Of a stretch of DNA of 64,000 nt, positions 41,092 to 53,389 are shown piece after piece. A program made the translations under genes and the position numbers. The notes under the pieces are model-generated. The model had not been told where the DNA came from, made no database searches, and saw only the letters and a program-made list of their open reading frames with translations. The DNA comes from Octopus sinensis (taxonomy: Eukaryota), in assembly GCF_006345805.1 (NCBI RefSeq), contig NC_042998.1:131502001-131566000 (forward strand), written 5' to 3'. How positions within the stretch are numbered: position 1 is the first letter of the stretch; each line of letters opens with the position of its first letter.

Positions 41092-41660
41092 ATTTTCTAC
41101 TCTGGGCACAAGGCCCGACATTTTGGGGGAGGGGGTCACTCAATTAGATAGACCCCGGTACGCAACTGGTACTTAATTTATCGACCCCGAAAGGATGGAA
41201 GGCAAAGTCGACCTCGGTGGAATTTGAACTCAGAACGCAAAGACAGACGAAATACCTATTTCTATTTCTTTACTACCCACAAGGGGCTAAACTCAGAGAG
41301 GACAAGCAAGGACAGACAAAGAGATTCAGTCGATTATATCGACCCCAGTGCGTAACTGGTACTTATTTAATCGACCCCGAAAGGATGAAAGGCAAAGTCG
41401 ACCTCGGCGGAATTTGAACTCAGAATATGAAGACAGCCGAAATACCTATTTCTTTACTACCCACAAGGGGCTAAACATAGAGGGGACAAACAAGGACAGA
41501 CATAGGTATTAAGACGATTACATCGACCCCAGTGCGTAACTGGTACTTATTTAATCGACCCCGAAAGGATGAAAGGCAAAGTCGACCTCGGCGGAATTTG
41601 AACTCAGAATATGAAGACAGCCGAAATACCACTAAGCACTTCACCCTGCGTGCTAAACTT
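41092..41660 (-). mobile_element. Family A SINE concatemer (head + two A1-tailed units + one A2-tailed unit)
   Basis: cgaaatacc recurs ending at 41256, 41446 and 41630 (spacing 190 and 184 bp). Confidence 0.92.
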
Positions 41661-41936
41661 TTCTGTTTTTGAAATATTTATTAAAATAGTTATTAAAATG
41701 TTTTAATTAATAGTTAGGCTAAAATAAACCGGAAGTTATTGTTAATAGTTAGTTTCCGGATTTACACTATTAACCTATGAATTATCCTTCACACATTCAC
41801 AAAACCTTGAGTAATATTTCTTTTCATTTGCATATTATAATTTTATTATTTTTTCTCTCATTTAATTGTATTTCATTTGATGATATTTTATCTTATCGTA
41901 TAAATTAATGTTCATGTTCATATTTGTTTATTTTAT

Positions 41937-41974
<38 letters not shown>

Positions 41975-41997
41975 GCACATATACATGTATATACATT

Positions 41998-42135
41998 ACC
42001 AGCCACATGGTTCCGGGTTCAGTCCCACCGCGTGGCACCTTGGGCAAGTGTCTTCTACTATAGCGTCGAACCTTGTGAGGGGATTTGGTAGACGGAAACT
42101 GAAAGAAGCCCGTCGTATATATGTGTATATATATA

Positions 42136-42193
<58 letters not shown>

Positions 42194-42375
42194 TCCTCCC
42201 AGCATCGCTTGACAACCGATGCTGGTGTGTTTACGTCCCCGTAACTTAGCGGTTCGGCAAAAAGAACCGATAGAATAAGTACTAGGCTTACAAAGGATAA
42301 GTCCTGGGATCGATTTGCTCGACTAAAGGCGGTACTCCAGCATGGCCGCAACCAAATGATTGAAACAAGTAAAAA
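41998..42375 (+). mobile_element. Family B SINE (5' slightly truncated)
   Basis: ccacatggttccgggttcagtccc...cttgggcaagtgtcttct...catggccgcaaccaaatgattgaaacaagtaaaaa. Confidence 0.88.
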
Positions 42376-43085
42376 GGAAATATATACACACACATACACA
42401 CACACATGCATATATATGCATGTGCGTGAATGTGTGTATTTCATTCTTTTTTTAATTTGTTCTGACCTCTAGATTTTTTCTTTTTAATTCTTAAACTCCA
42501 AGAAATAGTGATTAATCATTTAAACTTACCATTCACTCTTGCATCCAGAGAGTATTGAAATTATTTTCATAATTATGATATTTCATAGTATCAGTTACAC
42601 AACTTAAAACATTTCTTACAAGTACAAATGTTTCAAAAGAACTTAACCTTTATTTTCAAGTGGGTATTCCTATCGCTGTGAGAATAATATTACTTTATGA
42701 TTCCTTAATGTGTTTTATATACTAAATATCGACGAAAGTACTAAAGGACCTATTGAACATAAGATTTACGAAAGACCATTGCGTATAGAGCTGATTAAAA
42801 GTAACCTATTCACACATATCATAAATATATATTATTTTAAAATCAGCTTAGTAAGAAAGATCTCAATTACTCATAACATCCGTACACACTTACATATACA
42901 CACAATTGCGCGCGCGCGCGCACACACACACACACACACACGCGCACATGAGCACCTATATTCATATACACCTATATTTTGCAGTAAATCACTAAATTAT
43001 CCATAACTTTCGTATTATCCTCTCAAATTACACCAAAATCTCAGGCAATAACAAATAATATCGTATTTATTGTCTGTGAAAATTA

Positions 43086-43484
43086 TCTTTATATATAAAA
43101 GTGAAGTTGTGTGAGTGTCTGTCTCCTACGATTTAGATTCCTAACTACTCCCACATTTTGCGGTGCAGTTTAACCAAAACCGGGTATCTTATAGTCGTGA
43201 TTCATATCGAGCCCTTCTGGGTATTAGCGCGCGTTTACAATGAGTCTACGATTTAAAAAAATTTACCATCAGTTTTTTCCATTTTAATGCATTTTTTCGC
43301 TATTATATAAGGGAAGTAACTCTCTAAAAATGTCTACGATGAGTCAACGATTTAAAAACAAATTTACCATAATTTTTTTCCCATTTTTAATGCATTTTTT
43401 GCTATATTTTGGCTACAACTCTCTAAAAATGCTTATATAGTTATTTCCCTTACAAACCCGAGCAACGCCGGGCGATACTGCTAG
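43086..43484 (+). mobile_element. Non-autonomous Helitron-like element (399 bp) with an internal ~95-100 bp duplication
   Basis: A|TCTTTATATATAAAAG ... CCCGAGCAACGCCGGG-cgatactg-CTAG|T; tac(a/g)atgagtc(t/a)acgatttaaaaa...atgcatttttt...actctctaaaaatg occurs twice. Confidence 0.8.
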
Positions 43485-43599
43485 TAGAATATAAAACAAC
43501 TATGATAAAAACTTATACTTACTTTTCCGACGAAAACAATGCCGTTCTGAACATTTTGGCCGCCACTGTATATTTATATGCATGCATGCATGCATGTAT

Positions 43600-43815
43600 G
43601 TATGTATCTTATTTCTTTATTGCCCACATGGGGCTAAACATAGAGGGGACAAACAAGGACAGACAAAGGGATTAAATCGATTACATCGACCCCAGTGCGA
43701 TGAAAGGATGAAAGACAAAGTCGACCTCGGCGGAATTTGAACTCAGAACATAGCGGCAGATGAAATACCACTAAGCATTTCGCCCGGCGTACTAACGTTT
43801 CTGCCAGCTCACCGC
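43600..43815 (-). mobile_element. Family A SINE (A1 tail)
   Basis: Minus strand reads ggtgagctggcagaaacgttag...gagttcaaattccgccgagg...ccccatgtgggcaataaagaaata. Confidence 0.88.
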
Positions 43816-44149
43816 TTTTGTAAAGTTCATGTATGTATGTATGTATGTATGTATGTATGTATGTATGTATGTATGTATGTATGTATGTATGTATGTATGT
43901 ATGTATGTGTGTATGTGTGTATGTATGTATGTATGTATGTATGTAAGCATGTATGTATGTCTGTGTGTATATTTAGTAACAGGAGCGGTTCCACTGTGTG
44001 GTGACATCAAGTAGCCAATAACTGGACGAACTTTGCATAGCATTCTAAAAGTTCAGCTCTAAGTGAACTCTAAGATCGAAAAACAAAAACAGAGAAAAAA
44101 TGAAAAAAACAACCGTGCAGACATGCACAACAAGCATTAGATTAATTTG

Positions 44150-44260
44150 ACGCACGGTGAAAGAAGTGGGCTATTGTTAACGTTTCGATCATAGCTCTTC
44201 GTCGGAAGCAGGAAAGTTCAAAGAGAAAGAAGGAAAAATAAGGAAAAATCGCCAACAGTT
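44150..44260 (-). mobile_element. Penelope-like 3'/pLTR remnant with hammerhead-like motif at 44179-44205
   Basis: Minus strand reads CCGACGA-A-GAGCTATGATC-GAAACGTT, the same type as 8031-8057. Confidence 0.55.
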
Positions 44261-44298
44261 TACGTGCAGTGCAGGTGTGTGTGTGGTGTGTGGTGTGT

Positions 44299-44338
<40 letters not shown>

Positions 44339-44781
44339 GTGTGTGTATATGTGCTTGTGTGTGGGGGTGGTGCGTGGGGGTGTTTAAGAATTTTGTTGCA
44401 AATAGCTGTATTAGCTGTTCCATGACTATCCGTTCTATCTTCGATAAAGAATTCTTGAGATACAGGAGGTTTGGGTGAAGGTTTTCTGCAGAATTGCTGT
44501 TAATAGTCTCCGTTATTTGCGCCATCTTACTGGTAATGGTCACTTAAGAGTGCACATGATAAACATACAGTAGAGCACAACTTTTAAAATCAAAAGTTTA
44601 AATGTACATATATTTCCAAGGTAAAAGATGATAGTTATTTCGAAGTATTATATGATTCGTAAATTTTATACGTCTCTTTTTTTATATACAATTATACAAA
44701 CAAGAAGCACACGCAAACATATGCACACTTGCACACACTTATATAATTGCGCATGCATATGTATGCATGTGTATGCATGAT

Positions 44782-44843
<62 letters not shown>

Positions 44844-45994
44844 ATATATATATACATATATATATATATTATATATATATATATATATTATATATATATA
44901 TATAATGTTCGTTATAGGAATGTGTAAGATGAAATCTTATATAAAGCACTACTAACAATTATAAGAATGGAGAAGAGATGTTAAAAGTTCAAATTAGAAT
45001 TTTTAATTTCCACATACGACCATTTCAAATGGCAATACAAACAGGTAAAAAGAACCATTAATTATAATAATAGTAATTACGACAGTTATGTATTACCATT
45101 CTCGTCAGTGTAAAAAAAATACGGAAAACATCAAAAAAAGGTATTATCCAAAAATGTAGAAGGGAAAATAAAGCGGTTATGTCGGGGAAGCTGACCGGAT
45201 ATTTGCAAATAAATTATAAAAGGGGAAAAAGAAGAGAAACGGGGACATGTCAATGTATTTTCGAGTCTATGCATAAACATACAAAAAATCACACATACAC
45301 ACATATATAAAAAATCACATATACACACACACGTATGTGTGTGTGTGTATTTGCACACTTTAATACACATTATGCCCATTGTGTGCATGCGAACGTGTGC
45401 ATGCGTGAGTATATAATAAGAATCTAGTGTTGCAATTTAGAGAATTTCAATATGTTGCAGATTCAGATTAAATTGTAAATTATAAATTTAATATAAATTT
45501 AATTTCAAAATTTAAAAGTAGAGATAGAATTAGGGGGTGATTAGTCAGTATAAATTAGCATTCAAACCCTTTAACAGTTAGATTAATGAGAGATTATATT
45601 AATGAAGGAATGATGAGTTTTAAATTTTATGTACAGATTATGCAGTGTTTCACTCGCAGCAGATGCATAATTAAATAAGGGTTCGAAGAACAAAGGATGT
45701 AGTTAAATTAAGATTGTAATGCAATAGTGCCTATTCCTGTAATAAAAGGATACATTCAAGTGAGAAATTCAGCAAAGGGGGAAAATGTGTGAATTTACAT
45801 TGTTGATTTGGTAAAAAGATAATGTCATTGGATATGAGGAAATGAGTGTAGTGCAAGGAGATTAATCGATTATATATTTCGTCTAGAAGCTTATTTGAAT
45901 ATATGCATGCGTGCACGCACAGAAACACGCACACACACACGCGCACTTGCACACACACATACACATACAAATATATATATATATATATATATAC

Positions 45995-46125
45995 ATGTAC
46001 GATGGTGCATGGCGTATTGTTTAGAATCTTGTACTCACGATCGAAGGTTCGATTACAAGACCGAGCTGCGCTTATGTTCTTGAGCAAAACACTTCATTTC
46101 ATGTCGCTTCAGTCCTCCTTTCGGT
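45995..46125 (+). mobile_element. Diverged CORE-like SINE fragment
   Basis: ggttcgattacaagacc...gttcttgagcaaaacacttcatttca matches the 62.5 kb copy. Confidence 0.55.
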
Positions 46126-46917
46126 CAGGGGTGGACGCTGGCCTGCTTGCCTAGCTGTCGGAGTTGCAGCTTTCGAAGGAAAAAAAACGATACAAAACCG
46201 CATGGTCGCCAGCGATGTGTAACATCATCAGATAGTGTAGTCGATCAAGTGATTACATCATATATGTACATACAACGAGATTCTCCCAGTTGCTGTCTTC
46301 CAAATACACAAGCCATTGTTAGACCTGGGGCTGCAGTAAAGACCGGTGGTGCCGTGCAGGGCAAACTAAGCTTGCAACCATGCGAAGTGGCCAATCATAC
46401 AGCTATGCTGACACCATTTGGTTTTCTTTGCTGAATGAAACAAAACGATGCAGAAACACATGCGACGTCTGATCCAATGACGCCATTCACTCACTCCTCC
46501 ATCCCCACTTCCCAAAAAACCTATTAACACACGTTCAGGCGGAGAATTTTCTCTCATGACTACTACCGCAGCGAAGAGTCTTATCACGTCCGAGCACTCT
46601 CGCAAGTTTTAATGTAACTTTATATTAATGTATATATACATACACACACACGCGCATACATACATACATACATACATACATACATACATTTACATACACA
46701 CATACATACATACAAGCTTACACATGCATACATACACGCACACAGTCATACATACATACATACATACATACATACATACATACATACATACATACATACA
46801 TGTGTTTGTGTATAATATATAAATGTATTAATTTTTGCTTTCATATTCAGTTATAATAAAAACAATTTTACATTAATCTGATAAGTTACTCTGTACTTTT
46901 GTAGAGTACAAATAATT

Positions 46918-47100
46918 ATTCTTATACAACAATGTTGTTGACAGTGACTTCGAAATTTTGGCCAGCTAAGCCATCGTCGAAACTTCGAAACACTGTCAAC
47001 AACATTCTTGTATAAGAATGTTCACTGACCTGTTCACTGAGAAAACTTCGTCACGGAGCGCGAAGTTTTGTCAGTGAACAGGTCGCGGCTTCAAAGCGAC
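46918..47100. repeat. Two adjacent long inverted repeats (29 bp arms at 46918-46946/46991-47019; 24 bp arms at 47027-47050/47061-47084)
   Basis: Each arm pair has one mismatch, checked by eye. Confidence 0.92.
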
Positions 47101-48309
47101 GAAAATATTTTGACACAAATTAAATTTAAATGTTGAAGTGAATTTAACGGTTTTTGTGTGTGTGTGTGTTAAATGGCTTATAAACCCATTCCACGCTGCA
47201 ATTGTTAATAAGAAATATAATATATCAATATATATATATACACACTGATATATATATATATATATACACACATACACATATGTATATATATATGTGTGTG
47301 AATCACTCTATCCCTCGATATGTGAGTTTGTGCGTGTACATGTGTTCGTGAGTGTGTGTGTATGTGTGTGTGTATTTATGTATGCATAAATGCATGCATG
47401 TATTTGCGTACGTAAGTATGCCCTAGAAGAAAGTTTAATTTGTATAAGGTTGAAATTCAGGTAGATGTGATTACACGTTAGGTAGAAATAGTGATGGATT
47501 CAGTTATAAACTAGAGATGGAGTGCGGTACGGGAGTGTTTAAAAAGGGCAAAAAAAAAAAACGGTTTCCAACATTCAAGCGAATTAATGAAATAACTAAC
47601 ATTCGGTGAAAATGCATCATATTAGATGCAAGAGAAAGGTTATCGAGGCATTTAACGTGTTGGGGTTAAATTCGTCACTAACTATTTAGTAACAGGGTTG
47701 GAAAAGCAATGAGTCATACTGTAAGCGATGTTGCACAGTACAATAATAATGAAATGCCATTGTTAACGACTTTGCGCTTATTTCAATTAAAAGGCAGATG
47801 TACTAAAAAAGAAAGTGGGATTAAGAGTTTCGGGAACATTGGGGGTCATATCAATGTCCTGTAAGCATATAAAAGGAATTATTACTATTGTACGGGTAGT
47901 TACATTCATTAAGTATTTCGTGGGGAAAATAAATACGACTAATTCTTAATCGGTGTTGGTTAAAGTATGTCGTATAACACATAAGTACACGCCTGAATAT
48001 ACACATATAATGCTTCACATTCAATCACACAAAATCGGATATTTTGACTCTTCTGATATTGTCACATCCCCCTTTCCACTACAACAGCTTCCGGCGGTTT
48101 TTATATGCTCGACTGACTCCATTTGATTTATTGTTTGAATAAGCCACTATTGTCGAAACTTTGGTGTGACTGTCAGTTATCTTCTGAATATTTATTTGAT
48201 TCAACATATCTACTGAGTTAGTTCACTTAATATTTGTCGTATTTATGTAAACACTTGCTTTATGTCTCTCTCTCTCTCCTTTTCTCACCTACCCTCTCTC
48301 CCCTGCTCC

Positions 48310-48410
<101 letters not shown>

Positions 48411-48414
48411 CTTT

Positions 48415-49190
48415 TGTTAGGCACTTCTGGTCATCTCAAAAGCGACATGTGATGATTACATCAAAGGCTGTTTGAAATCGTCACATTTGTGAAGATATGT
48501 TAACAAACAAGAGAGTTTACCTTCACAAAAACTAAGACACACCTGATTTTACATTGCGACTTTTGAAAGAAGAAGAAAAGAAAAGTTCCTGATGAAACTT
48601 AATGAAAATTGGAATACATTGATGGCTGGCTGATATTAGCGAATTAATGTAATCCGTTGACAAACTAAAAACTAAAGTATTTCTCAATTTTGAACACCAC
48701 TACCACTATTACAAATAGCTCTATAAATGAACGAATACTTACCCAAATGATAAAGCTTTTAAAAAGATCAATGAAAGTTGTCTAAAGTTGCATGGAGATA
48801 AATTCGTTTGTAAATCTATAGACACTGTTTTAGATCACGAATAATCTGTGAATTACTTAACCGAATTAGTAGAGCGGTCTGGTGTATCACACAGATACCG
48901 ATTGTTCTACTTGCAATGTCACTATAAATGAAATCAACAGTACTGACAGGTTATAATCCAGGTGAGGATTTGGTAATCCCCAAAATTTCAATTATTCCCG
49001 GCATCACCCCTTTTTAATATGAAAAGCTGTCGTTCCTAATTAATGCATGCTTTGCCTTTTCCATCAATAAATCCTATGAGCAATATTAAAAGGATTTGGA
49101 TAACAAGTTGAAGATTTTTGCTTCTTCTGTGATCAGTTACGACACTATATAGTGCAATTCGGCGAACGAATAGACTTCAACAAGTGAAAA
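48415..49190 (+). mobile_element. Helitron RepHel PIF1-like helicase relic
   Basis: ALLVISKATCDDYIKGCLKSSHL*RYV at ~48425 and VLTGYNPGEDLVIPKISIIPGITPF*YEKLSFLINACFAFSINKSYEQ at 48940-49083 match the Helitron helicase motifs ACLKSS.LW, ILTG...G..V.IPRI and FA.TINKSQGQ; multiple stops. Confidence 0.8.
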
Positions 49191-50504
49191 GAGCATAATT
49201 TAGATATATCGAAGCTTCATTCACTACAATATATTAAGCATGAGTATATGTGAACATAGAGACACACACAACACACACACACTTCTACTAGTTCCCGCTA
49301 TTTGGTTGTGGTCATGCTAGTTTTCTATGTAGTAAAAAATACAAATCTTTATCAGAAGTGCTATATAATCGTGTTTTGGTGTATATGTCTACGCCTGTGT
49401 GCGTATGTATACACAGAGATGTGTACGCACACTGCCTATCTATGTTGTCTGTCTGGTGTTTTCTATTATTGTAAGTAAGCGTTACCGATGACATTTCTAG
49501 AACATTCCGGTCGGAAAGATTAAAAAAATGAGAAAAAAAAAAAAACCCAGTTGAACAAGCCTAAAGAAGAAATAAATACATGAAGAATGCAACCTTAATG
49601 TAAATAATCTGTAACAATAAACACCGTAAAACAATATAGAACTATATAAATCAATAATAACACATAACAACAATAAGATAAACATTAAAACGACAGCAGC
49701 AACGGCAATGATATGGAAGACAAGTGGTGGATATTAGACAAAAACTCACACACCCGGATTTCGTTAGTGTTACAATGTTCTGTTTGTTCTCTCCTTCTAC
49801 CTCTCTTTCTCTCCTCTGAATCCCCAATGTTCTTCTCTTCTCTTTATATTTTATTTATATCTTCCTTCTCTTTTACTCTCTGCATCTGTCATTTTCAGTT
49901 TGGCTTTATAAGAATATATATGCTTGTATCTGTGTGTTTTCGTATTTGCAGTTATTCATATAAAAATATTTAAAAACAACACAATATATCAGTCGTTTGG
50001 TTGGTTGTTGATCTTCGTGGTAAGGGAGACAATCGTCTTATGTAGAATCCATATTTTATTTTATTTTGTCGTTAATGAAGCGAAAGGAATTAAATATATT
50101 AACTTTATGCGTTGATTTAACTTTATTTTTTTTCCTCTAATTTTTCTTTTAATCATAATCCTTAGAATTTACTTTAAGTTACTATTTCGATCTAGTTGGG
50201 TCTCATCAGTACAACGTTGAGCGGAATCTTGGGACTATTAAATATTGCACTACATCAAATTATTAACTTTATAGAAAGGAAAATGCGAAATAAGGAAGGT
50301 GTGTAATGACATCATTATCGCTCGGGTTTTATCGTAAGAAGAGATGAAACGGGAATATTAAATGACGATTGAGTGAAAAATAAGTTACTGAAATATTTAC
50401 TTTAAAAATTCGCTCGGAAACATAGCAACATGATCATTACAATTTTAAGTGACCAACTTCTTATTCAAGCGGGCGATACATATTCTATTTATATTTAATT
50501 ATGT

Positions 50505-50765
50505 TTCTTTATTAGCCACACAGGGCTGAACACAGACGGGACAAATTACAAAGTAGAGCTTTTCTTTTGGGGGAGAAAAAAAAACTAAGTGGGGTAGGTT
50601 TTCGATCAAAAGGGATCGTAAAAAGGAAAGAAAAAAAACGATCAATAGGGATCGTGTATCACAGAAATGTCATGATGTAAAGTGTAAAGGGGGAAGCAGA
50701 TAAGGTTTATCCATGGAACGAAAAGCCTACGGAAAAGACCACGGTAACCTCGGTCAATAATGTCA
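50505..50765 (-). mobile_element. Probable LINE 3' UTR fragment sharing its terminal ~40 nt with SINE subfamily A1
   Basis: Minus end tttgtcccgtctgtgttcagccctgtgtggctaataaagaaa versus SINE tttgtcccctctgtgtttagccccttgtgggtagtaaagaaa; the upstream sequence is not SINE-like. Confidence 0.6.
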
Positions 50766-52365
50766 CCTGTTAACACATTTATTTGCAAGTAAGTAACTCT
50801 CTGTTTTAGATTTTTCTGGGTTCATAGGATTATGCTCAATGTGGCTGTTCTTAGTTTCCTAGATTTCGTGTCTCATCAGGAAGCGTAGCAATTTCGGGAA
50901 TATTGAAAGCAAAAGAGCTATAATTTAAATATATACAAAGTTATACATTACATAAACTGGGGCAACATCACAGTCCAAATTTATAGCTACTAAATTGAAT
51001 ATCTACTAAAATTGCTCCAAATATTAGTCTTCATGCTGAACATGCATATAAAAATCATTGGCCGAGAGAAGGAAGTATTTTTGCACGAGACTGTCATTTG
51101 TACAAGTGCAGACTAGCATGAAAGAAAAGAAAAAAACATCAAGGTTGACTGGGAAATAAATAAACGGAGAATGCATTAATAATTTCAGTTACACATATTT
51201 AGTCATCCTTATTCTTTACATTATTGTTACAATATCAAATGGTTTGTCGCAGATCATTTGTGCATCGAGAAACTGCAGTTTTGTATGTATTGCAACACAT
51301 ACACACATGTGTGTTTGTATGAGTGAATCCATAAGAACACATGCATAGATAGCGTATAATTATATATACATACATACCAGGCTTTAAAACGTACTTGGTT
51401 CGATTCGTTCGTCTAAAATACTCTTCAAGGCGGTGCCTCAACATGGCTGCAGTCTGAAGTTGGAAACAAGTATAAAAGATAAAAGTTATATAAGTATTAG
51501 TATGAGTATTAGTATTTGAGATACAGACAACTCAGAAGATGGATATTATGATGCAGAGAACTTATTTACTTATCTAGTGAACATGTTTGGTGTAAGTATA
51601 ACGTGGATCGCTTTTCACCTCCAACCTAAAATGGTGTGACGTTTCGGTAAAGAATCTATTTAATTACAAATGTGCTTTGTGTGGAGTGAGAATATTAAGC
51701 TTCCATTTAGTCATAAAACATTCACAAACTGTTTCTCGAACTTTGCCCAGTCAGTGGGTGTAGAAGCTGAAATACAAACAGCGGTTGTTTATACCAGTAG
51801 ACGATGATGTTACAAGTCACAATATGGAAAACATCTTTCATGATTTTACCTTCCATGTCTGTTTGTGTGTAACTATGTGTGTGTATGTGTATGTGAGTAT
51901 ACATACATATGTGTGTGCGCGTACGCGCGTGTTTCTGTGTCTATGTAGTTCGTACTTTATTTCAACAGAACTTATCTACAGGTTTGTTTAAGCATGTTTG
52001 TAAACAACATGTGGTTAGAAGATAGAATGGTTTAAAGCAACCATTCTTTACTTCAGCTGGGTTTGCCCTGGCTTAGGTCAAGTCGGATCGCAATGTGTAT
52101 TGGGTTTGTGTTAGCTGTTTGACGCAGTAACGGACAGCTGTGGCGAATGTTTCCATAAGCGCCTCTGTTTGGAAATATAGACAGAAATTAAGGTTCGGAT
52201 ATTGAAATAAAATAGTGATACTGTAAACATTGGTACAGGTTTGATTGTGTGCATATACAGCGTGCATATAGAGCGTGTCCCCTTGAGTAAGTGCTTTCTA
52301 CTACAGGCCTGGGCCGACCAAAGCCTAGTGAGTGAATAGGTAGACGAAAACTGAAAGAAACTCGT

Positions 52366-52396
<31 letters not shown>

Positions 52397-52473
52397 TATA
52401 TTATATATATATATATATATATATGTACGTATGTATGTATTTATATATGTATATGCGTATATATGTATGTACT

Positions 52474-52504
<31 letters not shown>

Positions 52505-52649
52505 TACACACGAATATATGTATGTATGTATGTACGTATATGGACTACTGCCCCCTGTTATGGTAAGCAAATAGCACCAGACTAACAGCGGAGCTTGAAG
52601 CAGTCTAACATCACAACACTAAACAGACTGAGACAGTGCAGCAGATGAG

Positions 52650-53000
52650 CTGAGAAAACTGAAACTTTATTCCCTGGAGCGAAGGCGCGACAAATATGCA
52701 ATAATCTACATATGGAAAACTCTAGTAGGGCTAGTACATAAATTCAGCATTGGCCACCATTGTATTGTACTAAAGGTACCATCCACTCCTTCTAAATCCA
52801 AGACCAAGTACTACAATAGTCTAAGCTTCAAAGGCCCACACCTCCTCAATGCCCTGCCACAAAAATTAAATCTGCACAAGTTGGAAGTAGATGTCTTCAA
52901 AAATGGACTAGATATCCTCCTCGGCACAATACCAGATGAACCAACATCCTGACATGAGGTTCAGACGAGGGCAGCGGAATCAAGCTGCCTTATACACTAA
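52650..53000 (+). mobile_element. CR1-type LINE ORF2 3' end relic
   Basis: LRKLKLYSLERRRDKYAIIYIWK...NSLSFKGPHLLNALP...DVFKNGLDILLGTIPDEP. Confidence 0.85.
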
Positions 53001-53389
53001 ATGGGACAAAAGCACATACAGGAGTGGTGATGTGAAACACCTAAGACTGAGGAAATCCTTCCAGTCTTTTTGTCAAATCTTTCCATCCTGCCCTCCACTT
53101 CTCCTGCACTATCTCTGACACCTCTGTCTCCTTTCTTGACATTTCGGTCAGCATTCATCACTCCACTCTCACCACCTCCATCCACTACAAACACACGGAC
53201 TCACAATCATACCTCAACTTCTCCTCCTCCCACACTAAACACACCAAGCTTTCCATCCCTTATTCCCAATTCCTCCGTCTACGTGGGCTCTGTAGTGGCG
53301 ACCATGACTTTGAGACTCAGTCTCAACTCATCGCTCGCCACTTCCTCTGCCCTCTCCCCTGCACCCTCCCTGCCGTCTCCCGTTTCCCA

